DNA of 28,557 nucleotides from an uncultured Gammaproteobacteria bacterium (GCA_964531415.1 CAZHCQ010000042.1:1-28557); one strand, 5' to 3'; shown: positions 1 through 9,226, counted from the first letter of the stretch. The notes: generated from the sequence alone by a model not told the origin. Numbers and translations: made by a program.

Positions 1-1
1 A

Positions 2-256
2 GAGTGGTCCAAGGCAAAATCAGAGATGTTACAAAATCTTTTTGCCTCTCGCCAAGATGAAAAAATTTTTGTTTCTCATTTAGAAATGTTTGTTATTGTT
101 AGCGCTACGCTTCTCACCGTGCTGTGGGATTTAAATTACGCCGTTGCCATCTGTACCGCATTCTTTTATTTCTGGAATAAAGTATTCATGAAACAAAAAC
201 CGATGCGCGACCTCGCGCCTCTTACTGAAACCGAAGGCGTACGAGAAGAACTCTAA
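2..256 (+). CDS. C-terminal fragment of a membrane transporter, probably SulP/SLC26-like (5' truncated by window)
   Basis: Frame is open from base 2 (EWSKAKSEMLQ...). Hydrophobic segment MFVIVSATLLTVLWDLNYAVAICTAFF resembles the last TM hairpin of SulP permeases (T-x-x-TVxxDLxxAV). Only about 25 residues follow, so no STAS domain. Confidence 0.45.
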   Translation, partial: EWSKAKSEMLQNLFASRQDEKIFVSHLEMFVIVSATLLTVLWDLNYAVAICTAFFYFWNKVFMKQKPMRDLAPLTETEGVREEL

Positions 257-745
257 CTATAATTCCACAATTTCAGCATAATGGGACGCTGTGTTGATAA
301 GAGCGATACTCGCTCGATCAGCACGCACGCCGGCAGCGGTGCCGGGGTTTAAGAGTATGCAGTGTGTTTCTCTCTGAATAACGGCAGAATGCGTATGCCC
401 TGTAATCACAAAATCATACTTACCGCTTTGTACAAGGCCTGCAAGAAAATTTTGGTTCACTCCATGGTAAAGCGCAAGAGAAAGACCGCCTGCTCCAATT
501 TCCCCAAAATCCCCCTTGGATTCTCCTCCAATCTCGGAAAATGCCTGTGCGAGAGGCACGCGGTCAACATCACAATTACCCCATACAGCAATAACGCGGA
601 ATTCCCCAAGCGCACGAACTATATAAGGAGTTGTGATATCGCCTGCGTGTAAAACAAGTGCTATATTTTTACTCCGAAATACGCCGCACGCTTTTTCTAC
701 ATTTTCAAGATTATCGTGCGTGTCTGAAATAACACCAATAAGCAT
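257..745 (-). CDS. YfcE/MJ0936-type metallophosphoesterase (calcineurin-like phosphodiesterase)
   Basis: Complete motif set: ISDTHDN, HAGD, WGNCD, YHG, GHTH, NPG; 162 aa. Confidence 0.92.
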   Translation of the reverse strand: MLIGVISDTHDNLENVEKACGVFRSKNIALVLHAGDITTPYIVRALGEFRVIAVWGNCDVDRVPLAQAFSEIGGESKGDFGEIGAGGLSLALYHGVNQNFLAGLVQSGKYDFVITGHTHSAVIQRETHCILLNPGTAAGVRADRASIALINTASHYAEIVEL

Positions 746-788
746 AGAAAGAGAAAAATAAAAAGCTATACCAATTGAACATGAATTC

Positions 789-797
789 TGTTATAAT
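789..797 (+). promoter_or_regulatory. Extended -10 promoter element (TGtTATAAT) upstream of 842..1126
   Basis: Exact TGnTATAAT in an AT-rich divergent intergenic region; further TATAAT copies at 813-818 and 818-823; no good -35. Confidence 0.5.
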
Positions 798-841
798 TAT
801 ATAAGAAAAAATTATAATATAATAATCTTCATATCAAAACT

Positions 842-1126
842 ATGGCTGATGGAAAATCTATAGTACATAAGTTTAATATCTTGAATTTTGGGCTTTCAGT
901 AGGGATAAGCTTTGCGGTGTACCTCTTTGCGATTGCAATGCTTGCATGGCAGTTTCATTGGGGGACTGATCTTGTTGAAATTACCGGCACGTGGTATAAA
1001 GGGTATGCGCCAACGCCTCTCGGTGGCCTTATCGGCATTCTCTGGGGCTTTGCCGACGGTTTTATTGGCGGCGTGTTTGTTTCATGGATTTATAACATGC
1101 TGCAAAGCAGAAAGGAAAAGAAATAA
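842..1126 (+). CDS. Small two-TM membrane protein of unknown function (family often auto-labelled 'bacteriophage holin')
   Basis: 94 aa, two hydrophobic helices, motif Y-x-GY-x-x-T-x-x-G-x-x-IG-x-x-WGF-x-DGFIGG-x-x-x-x-W-x-YN. Family label is from memory; no phage genes nearby. Confidence 0.65.
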   Translation: MADGKSIVHKFNILNFGLSVGISFAVYLFAIAMLAWQFHWGTDLVEITGTWYKGYAPTPLGGLIGILWGFADGFIGGVFVSWIYNMLQSRKEKK

Positions 1127-1169
1127 ACCCCCTCTTTATAATTGTTTATTTACTTTAATCTTTATTACT

Positions 1170-1679
1170 ATGCTCTTCGGAAAATGGAAAAAATTTTTCG
1201 TTGTACCTCTTTTTATCTTGCTTATTCCACTTACAGGCTGTTCGGACAGCACTCCGTCTTATAACAGCGCATCAGATACGCCACAAAATCAAAATGACGT
1301 ACAGCCATCTGATGAAAAAGCAGTGCCGCCGCCGGCAGAAAGTAACAGTGAACTTAAAATTGAGGATATTGCAGAAGGTGAAGGAGAAGGAGTAAAAAGC
1401 GGGGATACTGTTTCAGTAAATTACGCTGGAACACTGCCTGATGGCACTGAATTTGACAGTTCGTATAAACGGAGTGAGCCGTTTTCTTTCACCGTAGGGC
1501 AAGGCCTTGTAATTGCTGGTTGGGATCAGGGCTTGATAGGAATGAAGGTTGGCGGAAAACGAAAATTAACTATCCCGCCGAATCTTGCTTATGGCGACCG
1601 TGCCGTAGGCGATAAAATCCCCCCGCAATCTACGCTTGTTTTTGAGATTGAACTTTTGAAGATAAATGAGTCAAAATGA
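1170..1679 (+). CDS. FKBP-type peptidyl-prolyl cis-trans isomerase, predicted lipoprotein
   Basis: Start reassigned to ATG 1170 (MLFGKWKKFFVVPLFILLIPLTGC): basic N-region, hydrophobic core, lipobox LTGC, S/D/N/Q-rich linker, then FKBP core (VSVNYAGTL, FDSS, F-x-VG-x-G-x-VIAGWDQG, IPPNLAYG, LVFEIELL). Confidence 0.93.
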   Translation: MLFGKWKKFFVVPLFILLIPLTGCSDSTPSYNSASDTPQNQNDVQPSDEKAVPPPAESNSELKIEDIAEGEGEGVKSGDTVSVNYAGTLPDGTEFDSSYKRSEPFSFTVGQGLVIAGWDQGLIGMKVGGKRKLTIPPNLAYGDRAVGDKIPPQSTLVFEIELLKINESK

Positions 1680-1685
1680 ACAATA

Positions 1686-3530
1686 TTACTTCTTCGGTAA
1701 TTTTACATGAAATGTTGTTCCAACTCCGGCTTTTGAGGTAAACCAAATTTTTCCTCCATGATTTTTTACAATAGATTTGGTGATAAATAAACCAAGCCCG
1801 GAGCCGTCTGTTTTTAAAGATGTTGCCTCTCTTCCTCTGTAGAATTTTGTGAAGAGATTGCGCGAATCTTCGGATTGAATCCCGATGCCTGAATCTGCAA
1901 TGATGAGGAGCACTGCTGAAACCTGATTGCTCAAGGTAATGCGAACATAGCCGCCGCGTTTATTATAGTGAATAGCATTGGACAATAAATTTTGTACCAC
2001 CATGCCGAGCATGTCTTTATCGCCGGTTACAGTACCCACAGACTCACGCTCAAGGCAAAGATACACGTGGATATCCTTTTCAATAATCTGATTCACAAGC
2101 TCTGTAATCTGTTTTTCAATCAACTCAACAAGCGAAACGGGCTTTTTGTTGAGCTTCATACTTTGTGTTTCCAGCTTTGACGCATCCAATAAGTTATTCA
2201 CCAAATTAATCATCCGTAGGTTGGAATCATACAGCGTATGCAAAAGAGCGCTGTCGTTTGCGGCATCAACTTTTCCATCAGCTCTTCGTTTCAGAAGCAT
2301 AGAAACAATCCAACGAATAGCAGTGAGCGGCGTGCGGAGCTGATGAGATGCGGTTGATACAAATTGAGATTTAATTTTATCCAACTCCTTGAGCCGTACA
2401 ACCTCTTTATGCTTTTTCTCTAAACTGACAGCCATCTCATTAAAATTTTCAGCAAGCTTTCCCAGTTCATCCTCTGAACGATTTTCTATTCTATAATGCA
2501 GATTTCCCCGGCCTAAAATCCGCGTCCCTTCTTTGAGTTGCGCAATCGGCCGCAAGAGCGATTTGATAAAATAAATAATAAAAAAAGTCGTCATAATTAA
2601 AAGCAAAAGAGAAAGAAGCAAAAACCAGCCTTGTGCAATGAGCGCTTGATGAACGAGTTGATTAATAAAGTCACTTCCAAGATAAGATTCTACCGTGTTA
2701 TTAATAAGAGTGGTCATCATCATAATTCCTCCAATAACGGTAGTCCACACAACAATATTAAGCGCGATTGCGATTTTAAGAGAAAAACTTCTTTTAAAGT
2801 ATAAAGAAGGGTCAGAAAGCACAGTTGCGTCATTATATCCAACGCCTATTGTACTTAAATAAAAATACACCATAAAACTCAAAACAAATACCCATGATAA
2901 AATAAACAAAAACGAGTATGCATAACCACTAAAACTGTAGAGCATAAGCAGGATGGGGCTTGCCGCAAGAGAAAAAAAAGCTTTCAGGAAAAAATTAATA
3001 TATCCAAATGGCAACTGCTTCGCTCTCTGTGTGATGCGCTGATAATAAAGATAAAAAAACAGTGCCGCATTGAGCACAATGCTTTCTGCAAAAATTATCA
3101 TCACCTGCCAGCTTAACCGATCAGGCATAATAATACCTCGATGATTCTCCAACTGCATTGGCGAAGTTACAAACAAGAGAGCCGAAACTCCAAGCCACAG
3201 GTAAAGAGGCAGGGACATCCATCGGCTCGCCCGGCTTGGAAAGAGCTGAAGTATGCATAAAAAAAGCACGGCCAATAATACTGGCTGTAGGGAAAACGCG
3301 TACTTCCATGGAATGATGGCGCTCTCCGGATTTTTCAAAACAAAGGTAATAATTGCAAAAAAACTGGCGATCCCTTCTGTCGCAGTCAAAAAAAAGATGC
3401 TCGCAACGGCGGCACACAAGGTGCGGCGGCCTTTTTTTATTCTGCGCACCCATTGCAAAAAAGCGAGTGCCCCTATGCTGAACACCGCTATTTGAGCAAA
3501 TAATACGACTATACTGCTAATGGAAAACAT
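1686..3530 (-). CDS. Multi-TM sensor histidine kinase (membrane domain - HAMP - HisKA - HATPase_c)
   Basis: About 320 aa of hydrophobic helices; HAMP (RPIAQLKEGT..GRGNL..RI..RSEDELGKLAENFNEMA); H-box SHQLRTP; N-box NLLSNAIHYN; G1 DSGIGI; F-box; G2 GSGLGL. Confidence 0.93.
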   Translation of the reverse strand: MFSISSIVVLFAQIAVFSIGALAFLQWVRRIKKGRRTLCAAVASIFFLTATEGIASFFAIITFVLKNPESAIIPWKYAFSLQPVLLAVLFLCILQLFPSRASRWMSLPLYLWLGVSALLFVTSPMQLENHRGIIMPDRLSWQVMIIFAESIVLNAALFFYLYYQRITQRAKQLPFGYINFFLKAFFSLAASPILLMLYSFSGYAYSFLFILSWVFVLSFMVYFYLSTIGVGYNDATVLSDPSLYFKRSFSLKIAIALNIVVWTTVIGGIMMMTTLINNTVESYLGSDFINQLVHQALIAQGWFLLLSLLLLIMTTFFIIYFIKSLLRPIAQLKEGTRILGRGNLHYRIENRSEDELGKLAENFNEMAVSLEKKHKEVVRLKELDKIKSQFVSTASHQLRTPLTAIRWIVSMLLKRRADGKVDAANDSALLHTLYDSNLRMINLVNNLLDASKLETQSMKLNKKPVSLVELIEKQITELVNQIIEKDIHVYLCLERESVGTVTGDKDMLGMVVQNLLSNAIHYNKRGGYVRITLSNQVSAVLLIIADSGIGIQSEDSRNLFTKFYRGREATSLKTDGSGLGLFITKSIVKNHGGKIWFTSKAGVGTTFHVKLPKK

Positions 3531-3569
3531 TAAAGTAAGTATAGAAGAATATTCAAAAATAATCTAATA

Positions 3570-3578
3570 TGATATACT
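3570..3578 (+). promoter_or_regulatory. Extended -10 element (TGaTATACT) upstream of first receiver gene
   Basis: TGnTATACT about 40 nt upstream of ATG 3617; -35 is weak. Confidence 0.45.
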
Positions 3579-3616
3579 AGAAAACCAGCCCTATTTATCT
3601 TAGATACGAAAATTTT

Positions 3617-4003
3617 ATGAATCAGCCTAAAAAAATCCTCATTGTTGAGGATGAAAAGTCGCTTGCGGATATGCTCGCCTTGAGTTTAAAAGTGTCCGGC
3701 TTTGAGGTAAAAAATGCATACAATGGGGATGAGGCAATTGAAATTTTAAAAAACGAAAATTTCGACCTGATTATGCTTGATTTAGTCATGCCAAAAAAAG
3801 ATGGGTTTACTGTCCTTGCAGATATGAATGCGGCAAAAATCAAAACACCGGTTATTGTTTCATCAAATTTATTCCAGGGAGAAGACGTAAAACGCGCGAA
3901 AGAACTCGGCGCCCGCGATTTTTTTATTAAATCCAATACGGCAATCACTGATGTGGTTGACTATATCTCAAATTCTTTAAAAAACAAAAAAAGCAAACGA
4001 TAG
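3617..4003 (+). CDS. Single-domain response regulator (receiver only)
   Basis: ILIVEDE, phospho-acceptor LDLVMP, S at the conserved T/S position (VSSN), conserved Lys (FFIKS); 128 aa, no output domain. Confidence 0.95.
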   Translation: MNQPKKILIVEDEKSLADMLALSLKVSGFEVKNAYNGDEAIEILKNENFDLIMLDLVMPKKDGFTVLADMNAAKIKTPVIVSSNLFQGEDVKRAKELGARDFFIKSNTAITDVVDYISNSLKNKKSKR

Positions 4004-4017
4004 AGTATACAAACATA

Positions 4018-4046
4018 TTTACTAAATTTCTCTAAGCTGATACTAT
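4018..4046 (+). promoter_or_regulatory. Sigma70-type promoter for second receiver gene
   Basis: TTTACT (4018-4023), 17 nt spacer ending in TGa, TACTAT (4041-4046). Confidence 0.5.
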
Positions 4047-4091
4047 AAAAATACTCAATTACTCACCAACTGTATAAACTATCATTACCCT

Positions 4092-4472
4092 ATGGCACAT
4101 AATAAAAAAATACTCCTCGTGGAAGATGAACCAGCACTGCGCCAGCCAATGGCATTTGGGTTACGAGATGAGGGATTCACTGTTGTAGAAGCTGAAAATG
4201 GAGAAGAAGGGCTTGAACGTGCACTCAAAGAAAAACCAGATCTTATTCTGCTTGATCTGATCATGCCCGTCATGGACGGTATGGTAGTGCTTCGCGAACT
4301 TCGAAAAGATCCATGGGGAAAAGAGGTGCCGGTCATTCTGCTTACCAATCTGAATGAAACCGAGAAGATCACCGAGGCGGTAGAAAGCAAAGTATACGAA
4401 TATCTCGTGAAATCAGACTGGTCGCTTGATGATGTTGTGAAAAAAATCAAAGAAAAACTGGGGATCACGTAA
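4092..4472 (+). CDS. Single-domain response regulator (receiver only)
   Basis: ILLVEDE, LDLIMP, LTN, YLVKS; 126 aa, no output domain. Confidence 0.95.
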   Translation: MAHNKKILLVEDEPALRQPMAFGLRDEGFTVVEAENGEEGLERALKEKPDLILLDLIMPVMDGMVVLRELRKDPWGKEVPVILLTNLNETEKITEAVESKVYEYLVKSDWSLDDVVKKIKEKLGIT

Positions 4473-4493
4473 GGGAGGTATAGTATACGTCCC
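4473..4493. terminator. Imperfect hairpin between convergent receiver and kinase genes
   Basis: GGGA-G-GTATA-G-TATAC-G-TCCC fills most of the 25-nt gap; one mismatch, no U-tract. Confidence 0.3.
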
Positions 4494-4497
4494 CCTC

Positions 4498-6678
4498 TTA
4501 AAGCACATACACATTCTTACCTGTTTTTTTGAATACTGTTGGCAGAGTTACTAAAAATTCTGTGCCTTTTCCTTCTTCGCTCACCAGTTGAATTTCGCCG
4601 CTATGAATCTCAACAAGCGACTGCGCGTACGCAAGGCCTAAACCAGTACCATCCGTATCAATCGCCCGGGCATTTTTTGCCCGAAAAAACTTCTTAAAAA
4701 TGTTCTTTTTCTCGTCTTTTGGTATTCCAATCCCCGTATCCTTTACCGAAAGCACGACGAATTCATTTTCCGGTAATTTTATTTTTGCCTTCTTTTCGCC
4801 CATTGTGATATGAATTTCAATACTGCCGCCCTGTTTATTATATTTTATCGCATTTTCAAGCAAAATACTGAAAATTGAAAAAATTTTCGTTTGATCAGCT
4901 TCAATCACCATTTTCTTTTTTTTAAAATACTTCTTCAGCGTCACCGCTTTTCTCTCAAGAAGAGGGGACATTTCTTCGGTTAATTCGTTCATGGTTTTGA
5001 CAACATCAACTTTGCCTAAATGCATTCTGGTTCCTTTGCGGCGCTCAATTTCAGAAAGATCAAGAAGCCGATCTATAATAGTAACCGCCCTTAAATTGTT
5101 TTTATAAATATCCTTGAGCAAATTTTCAGCTACCGGGCTTACGTTGCAAATCATATCTTTCTTCATGATCAAATCAAGTCCCCAGCGAATTGCAGAGATG
5201 GGCGTACGGAGTTGATGCGAGGTGATCGTAATAATATTGCTTTTTAAATCACTCACTGATTTTATTTCTTCATATAATTTGGCATTTTCAATCATCAGGC
5301 CAATGCTTGGAATGAGCATAGAGAGCTGAACAAGTTCATCAGACGCATAGGATTTATGCGTTATGCGCTCTCCCAAAAAGAGCATGCCTTGTAAATTATC
5401 CCGCGCAAAAAGAGGGATGATCACCTCGGCGTGGTACGCTTTGAGGAGAGAGAGAGCAATTTTTTGAACTTCTCTGTGCGATACATCAAGGGCGAGCGCG
5501 TCTATATCAAGAATTTGTTTATGTTTTGTAAGATAGGCAACAATTTCTTGGTGATAATTTTTATTCAGCGGATTTGCCCCTTGCTTTTTGAGGGTTGTGC
5601 CGGCAACCCGAAACATATACTCATTAGTGTCCAAAAGCAAAAGCGTTACTTCGCGTACGCTTAAACCTTTTTTGGCGGCTTTAATAATTGCTCCTCCCAA
5701 TGTTTCAACATCAACAAGCCGCCCTAAATCAACCTGCATGGTGTCAATCGTTTTTTTGAAATGGGAGTGCCAATCGGGAAAGAGAGCATCAACAAAATTT
5801 TCTGATTTTGCTTTTAATAAGGCAAAAAACACAAACAAAATCACCAGGAAAATACTGTTTTGGGCAAGCAGATGAACTGGAATTGCTTGATCTGTCAGTG
5901 TATACGAAAGAATAAACACACCGCTATACAAAAAAAGTATGCAAATAGAGAGGATCACATGGCTCACTGTTTTTCTTATAAGTAAAGCCATATTGAGAGG
6001 GCGATATTGTATAATAGTATACCCAACTGCACATGCTGAAAGAGCCATCGCCGTTGAGCCGAAAAAAAGATGCGTCAGTGAATTCACAAACGTATGGAAA
6101 AACAAAAGGAGCATTCCCGCATCTGCAACAGCAAAAGCAATCAAAAAGTGCACCATAATGCTTCTTTGACGGCGCGAAATACAAGTGCGATAGGTTGTTA
6201 CCAAGTTAAAACTAGTTCCTCCAGCATGCAAAGCAAAAATCCCCAAGAAAATTATTGCAGGCGCGCTGCTTAATGAGCGCACAGGAAACGCATCAAAAAC
6301 GACGAGCAGAACAAAAAATACAGCGTGAATCAGAACATCTCCAAGAGCCACGGGGATTTGTTTATAACGCTCGCTGACGACAATGCTCAAAATATATGCA
6401 CAAAGCGGGGCAAAGAGCATCCCTAAAAAACCAAGTTGATACCACTCCAATGCGCTTTCAGCGCTCACCGCAAGTGATGCTAAGCCGAAACAATAGAGGG
6501 CGATAAAAATTGCTATGCAATAAAAAAAGAAAATTGCATTTTTCCAAGATTTCCTTTGAGCGAGATAGACAAAAAATCCAAAGCCAAACAAAACAGTAGC
6601 CAGGCTGATCTGAATGAGCATACCAACATCAGCAGAATTACTCTCAAAAAAATATGCGAGAGAGCTAAAATTTAACAT
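4498..6678 (-). CDS. Sensor histidine kinase, 7TM-type membrane domain - GAF - HisKA - HATPase_c
   Basis: N-terminal multi-TM region; GAF signature (GAIIKAAKKGLSVREVTLLLLD...IIPLFARDNLQGMLFLG...IENAKLYEE); H-box SHQLRTP; LLENAIKYN; DTGIGI; GTGLGL. Start uncertain: ATG 6678 or 6621; the 6735 start is a TTG. Confidence 0.92.
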   Translation of the reverse strand: MLNFSSLAYFFESNSADVGMLIQISLATVLFGFGFFVYLAQRKSWKNAIFFFYCIAIFIALYCFGLASLAVSAESALEWYQLGFLGMLFAPLCAYILSIVVSERYKQIPVALGDVLIHAVFFVLLVVFDAFPVRSLSSAPAIIFLGIFALHAGGTSFNLVTTYRTCISRRQRSIMVHFLIAFAVADAGMLLLFFHTFVNSLTHLFFGSTAMALSACAVGYTIIQYRPLNMALLIRKTVSHVILSICILFLYSGVFILSYTLTDQAIPVHLLAQNSIFLVILFVFFALLKAKSENFVDALFPDWHSHFKKTIDTMQVDLGRLVDVETLGGAIIKAAKKGLSVREVTLLLLDTNEYMFRVAGTTLKKQGANPLNKNYHQEIVAYLTKHKQILDIDALALDVSHREVQKIALSLLKAYHAEVIIPLFARDNLQGMLFLGERITHKSYASDELVQLSMLIPSIGLMIENAKLYEEIKSVSDLKSNIITITSHQLRTPISAIRWGLDLIMKKDMICNVSPVAENLLKDIYKNNLRAVTIIDRLLDLSEIERRKGTRMHLGKVDVVKTMNELTEEMSPLLERKAVTLKKYFKKKKMVIEADQTKIFSIFSILLENAIKYNKQGGSIEIHITMGEKKAKIKLPENEFVVLSVKDTGIGIPKDEKKNIFKKFFRAKNARAIDTDGTGLGLAYAQSLVEIHSGEIQLVSEEGKGTEFLVTLPTVFKKTGKNVYVL

Positions 6679-6899
6679 GAAAAAGTTTGTATTTATTTTC
6701 TGTTCTTTGCGTATGTAGTATATCAAAAAACACAACTTTTCGCATTACACATTTTTTCTTGGACGCCGCGTTAAAAATAGTTTTAAACTTGCCTTAAGGT
6801 TTATAACAAATGCCCTTATTCTGCATGTATTTTGGAAGAAAATTTTTTTTTGCTTCTTTAATCTTCTCCTCAAGGTACATACGCTACAGTAATGCTGAT

Positions 6900-7787
6900 A
6901 TGAACTATCCCCAAAAAACACAATTTGATACCCTTCTTGGCAATCCCTCTTTCAAAATCAGCATAAGAAAAATTCTGCATGATCTTTTAGAGGCGCTTGC
7001 CATGGATAACGCATTGGTATGCCTTTATGATGGCGATCAATGCAAAATTATTGCCCACTATAACTTCGTAGGGCAACAAGACGAAACTGGAGAATTTTTC
7101 CCAGTGAAACAAGATTGGCTTGGAAGACAAAAAATCGGGCACTGCGGTTCGTTTCAATTTCAAACGCCCATTTTAATTCAAAAAGAATTTCACGGAACAA
7201 TACTACTTTCACAACCGCGTCCCAGTGCATCTCCTAAACTCATTATGCGCCTGCTTCCTTATTGTGGATCAACAGTGGAGCAGACAATTGAAATTTCAAT
7301 GCGGCTTTTAACAACAACAGATGACCTTAATAAAGCATACGCGCACATCGGGGGGATGAATCTGAAAATGAATAAATTAGAACGGCTCTACCAAGTGCTT
7401 GGCGGTGTCAATCGGAACAATCGCGAAGAAGTTGCGCGCGATCTGCTTGATGCCGCAGTGACCATTTCTAATGCCGAAGTAGGCTACCTGTTTGGCCTGC
7501 ATTATCCAGGGCCTAAAATCAGCCACAAATTCCGCTTTGGCGCACACACAAATCAGCTTCTCAATGAACTTCCTCTTCATAAGCTCATGAGTTGGACACA
7601 AAACAAAAAAAACAATATACTTGATATCAAAACTAAGCATTCACTGTGGAAGTGCATTAAATCTGCAAGCGCCATTAACAATATACAGGCCCTGTTGCTG
7701 TGCCGTAATACCAGCGTGCAGCCCACAACAACCTATTCGCTCAAGGCGATCGTTGAACAGGCGCAGCTCCTTTTTGCGTACCGGTAA
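6900..7787 (+). CDS. Hypothetical protein with two degenerate GAF-like domains and no output domain
   Basis: ILHDLLEALAMDNALVCLYD...TPILIQKEFHGTILLS resembles one GAF; a helical linker follows, then VARDLLDAAVTISNAEVGYLF resembles the start of a second. ATG 6900 preferred over 6810. Confidence 0.55.
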   Translation: MNYPQKTQFDTLLGNPSFKISIRKILHDLLEALAMDNALVCLYDGDQCKIIAHYNFVGQQDETGEFFPVKQDWLGRQKIGHCGSFQFQTPILIQKEFHGTILLSQPRPSASPKLIMRLLPYCGSTVEQTIEISMRLLTTTDDLNKAYAHIGGMNLKMNKLERLYQVLGGVNRNNREEVARDLLDAAVTISNAEVGYLFGLHYPGPKISHKFRFGAHTNQLLNELPLHKLMSWTQNKKNNILDIKTKHSLWKCIKSASAINNIQALLLCRNTSVQPTTTYSLKAIVEQAQLLFAYR

Positions 7788-7813
7788 TACACCAAGAAAC
7801 AACTTTTTAATCT

Positions 7814-9226
7814 ATGGAAAGAGACCTGAATCACCTTACAAAATCGGAAAATACCATTCAACACGATGAAAAATATACGGTGCGAATCAATAACCCAAAA
7901 ACAATACTTATACGCAATGTGCCGTATCTCATCACTGCAACGGCCTTTGGAAAGGTTGAAACATTAAAAAATCGCTCCATTTGGATTGAAAATGGAGTCA
8001 TTCAAGATGTATGCGATGCCGCAGAGGGAGAGCGTTATAGTGCCAAGGCTGATTTGATCTATAACGCCGCTTCAAAAGGAGGCGTTGTGATAACGCCCGG
8101 GTTTATTAATACCCATGCCCATTCCCACATGTATCTCATGCGATCTACGCTTCTTTTGGAAGAGGGGGAAGATATTGATCAAACAATTGCCGCGATGCCC
8201 CGCTGGCAACAATTTGAAACTGATGAGAGCATGTGCATTGCGGCAATCGGGGATTTTACCGAACAGCAAAAATACGGCATTACAACGACACTCTCTCAAG
8301 GGCCGTCTTTTGAGGCGATTGAGATCGCGGCTGAAAAAACGCGGCAACGCGCGTTTAACGCGGTGAGCGCGGTCAGCAATTCTCGCCCGCACAATACGGT
8401 TGCATTCGTTGAACAGCACATCAACGCAAAACAACATTCTCACTCTGTACCCGCAGTCAGCATTCATTATCTCTACAAAGCCTCGGATGAAACTCTGCGA
8501 GAAATTAAACGCCTTGTTGAAGAGTACCACATCCTCTTCACCTTTCACCTTGCTGAAAGCGAGTTTGTAAGAAATACATGCATAGAAAACTATGGAAAAA
8601 CCGAGATTGACCGTTTAGAACATGCAGGGCTTTTAAACAACCGCACGCTCTGTTCACACGCGATTTATCTGCATGAAAAGGAAATAGAACGCCTCATTGC
8701 CGCTCGTGTGGGAATTGCCCACCTTCCAACGTCAAACGCGATTCACAAAAGCGGAAGATTTGCTTTAGAGCTTTTTTATAACCGAGGAGGACAGGATCAC
8801 CTTAGCCTCGGCACAGACAGCGTTATCAGCAAGAATCGCTTAGATTTGCTTACGGAAAGTTTTCAAACTAAATTAACGCACCTGAATTTTCATGCGTTAA
8901 CATATCCAGAACTCTTTAAAATGATGACCATCAACGCCGCACGAATTTTAGGGCTGAAAAATGTGGGAATCATAGCGCCCGGATATAAGGCAGATCTTGC
9001 GTTCTGGGCATTACGAGATAGAGGCTTCATTCCCTATGATGAAAAAAATCCCATTTCATTGCTCGGCAATATGATTAACCATGGCGGAAGAATCACAAGA
9101 GACCTGATGATTGAGGGCGTCTTTGTCATTTCAAACCGAATTCACAATTTTGTTCATGAAACGCGCCTGCTTGAACTCATCCAGGTTGAACACATGCACA
9201 TTCGCGAGAAATTTAGAAAACTGTGA
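7814..9226 (+). CDS. Metal-dependent amidohydrolase of the MTA/SAH-deaminase / guanine-deaminase-like group
   Basis: PGFINTHAHSHM (HxH), FHLAES, SHAIYL, LGTDS, TINAARILG, G-x-I-x-PGYKADL; all metal ligands present; substrate not assignable. Confidence 0.88.
   Translation: MERDLNHLTKSENTIQHDEKYTVRINNPKTILIRNVPYLITATAFGKVETLKNRSIWIENGVIQDVCDAAEGERYSAKADLIYNAASKGGVVITPGFINTHAHSHMYLMRSTLLLEEGEDIDQTIAAMPRWQQFETDESMCIAAIGDFTEQQKYGITTTLSQGPSFEAIEIAAEKTRQRAFNAVSAVSNSRPHNTVAFVEQHINAKQHSHSVPAVSIHYLYKASDETLREIKRLVEEYHILFTFHLAESEFVRNTCIENYGKTEIDRLEHAGLLNNRTLCSHAIYLHEKEIERLIAARVGIAHLPTSNAIHKSGRFALELFYNRGGQDHLSLGTDSVISKNRLDLLTESFQTKLTHLNFHALTYPELFKMMTINAARILGLKNVGIIAPGYKADLAFWALRDRGFIPYDEKNPISLLGNMINHGGRITRDLMIEGVFVISNRIHNFVHETRLLELIQVEHMHIREKFRKL

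Noticed and set aside
842-1126. Prophage inferred from a holin-like gene
   Set aside because: No endolysin, integrase, structural or replication phage genes in the window.
912-1169. 5' extension of the FKBP ORF (255-aa version)
   Set aside because: Overlaps the 842..1126 gene in another frame; ATG 1170 gives a clean lipoprotein signal peptide.
6810-6899. Upstream start for the GAF-like ORF
   Set aside because: The extension is low-complexity T-rich sequence (MYFGRKFFFASLIFSS) typical of intergenic DNA; ATG 6900 preferred.
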